Both the position numbers and the translations under genes were made by a program. DNA of 64,000 nt. It comes from Nitrospirota bacterium (lineage in GTDB: Bacteria; Nitrospirota; UBA9217). Positions within the stretch are counted from its first letter, which is position 1, and every line of letters starts with the position of its first letter. Under the pieces are notes generated by a model. The model was not told the origin of the DNA and made no database searches. It saw only the letters and a program-made list of their open reading frames with translations. Location of the stretch: contig CAVTRN010000002.1 in NCBI GenBank assembly GCA_963737155.1, positions 2,432,001 to 2,496,000 on the forward strand. Direction: 5' to 3'. Shown in pieces: positions 63,750 to 64,000 of the stretch.

Positions 63750-64000
63750 TCATGGTTCGTCATAATAGTACACTATCTCTCCTTGGCGTGCAAGCCCCAG
63801 TTTGTCTCGCGCCAGGATTTCAAGATAGTACGGATCTGTTTTCAAAGCATGGACATCCTTGAGAAGCCTTGCATTATCCAGTTTGAGCGTTGCAATTTCC
63901 TGAGTGAGGTAGTCATACCGCTCCTTCATTCGATAATATTTTATCACTCCCATTTCACCGAAAATGAAGGACACAAGGACGTAGAAGACAGCGACAACAG
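63750..64000 (-). CDS. Septum formation initiator FtsB/DivIC family (5' end outside window)
   Basis: TM segment, FG..G, coiled coil, D..Y.E..AR..LGL...GE. Confidence 0.85.
   Translation of the reverse strand, partial: VVAVFYVLVSFIFGEMGVIKYYRMKERYDYLTQEIATLKLDNARLLKDVHALKTDPYYLEILARDKLGLARQGEIVYYYDEP

Overview
About 64 kb of bacterial chromosome; gene content and order suggest an anaerobic Nitrospirota/Desulfobacterota-like organism (inference). It contains five blocks. (1) 0.6-8.9 kb: housekeeping and lipid-recycling genes (CBS, nnr, acpS, pdxJ, a divergent folD, glpD, GDPD, patatin). (2) 9.0-30.7 kb: a partly eroded surface-glycan locus with an EPS-type wHTH regulator, fcl, wzx, three GMD-family enzymes, an NDP-sugar C-methyltransferase, many glycosyltransferases and a GT2/DUF2304/TMTC-like GT-C module. 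(3) 30.8-37.1 kb: an orphan type IIA topoisomerase B subunit, then a form IV RuBisCO-like protein (KDDH type) paired with a fused transketolase-like enzyme that lacks the histidines binding the donor C1-hydroxyl. This pair is the best candidate for an undescribed pathway. (4) 37.8-56 kb: monocarboxylate/acetate uptake and activation genes next to a dense respiratory cluster with five multiheme cytochromes (27 CxxCH motifs), a Rieske/cytochrome b complex and two cytochrome c-FeS-NrfD modules. (5) 56-64 kb: atpZ/atpI (no atpB/atpE), frameshifted hemL, mobB, tatC, tatA/B, queF, GH57 and a partial ftsB. Gene and IS relics occur in several spacers. No rRNA, tRNA or CRISPR array was seen.
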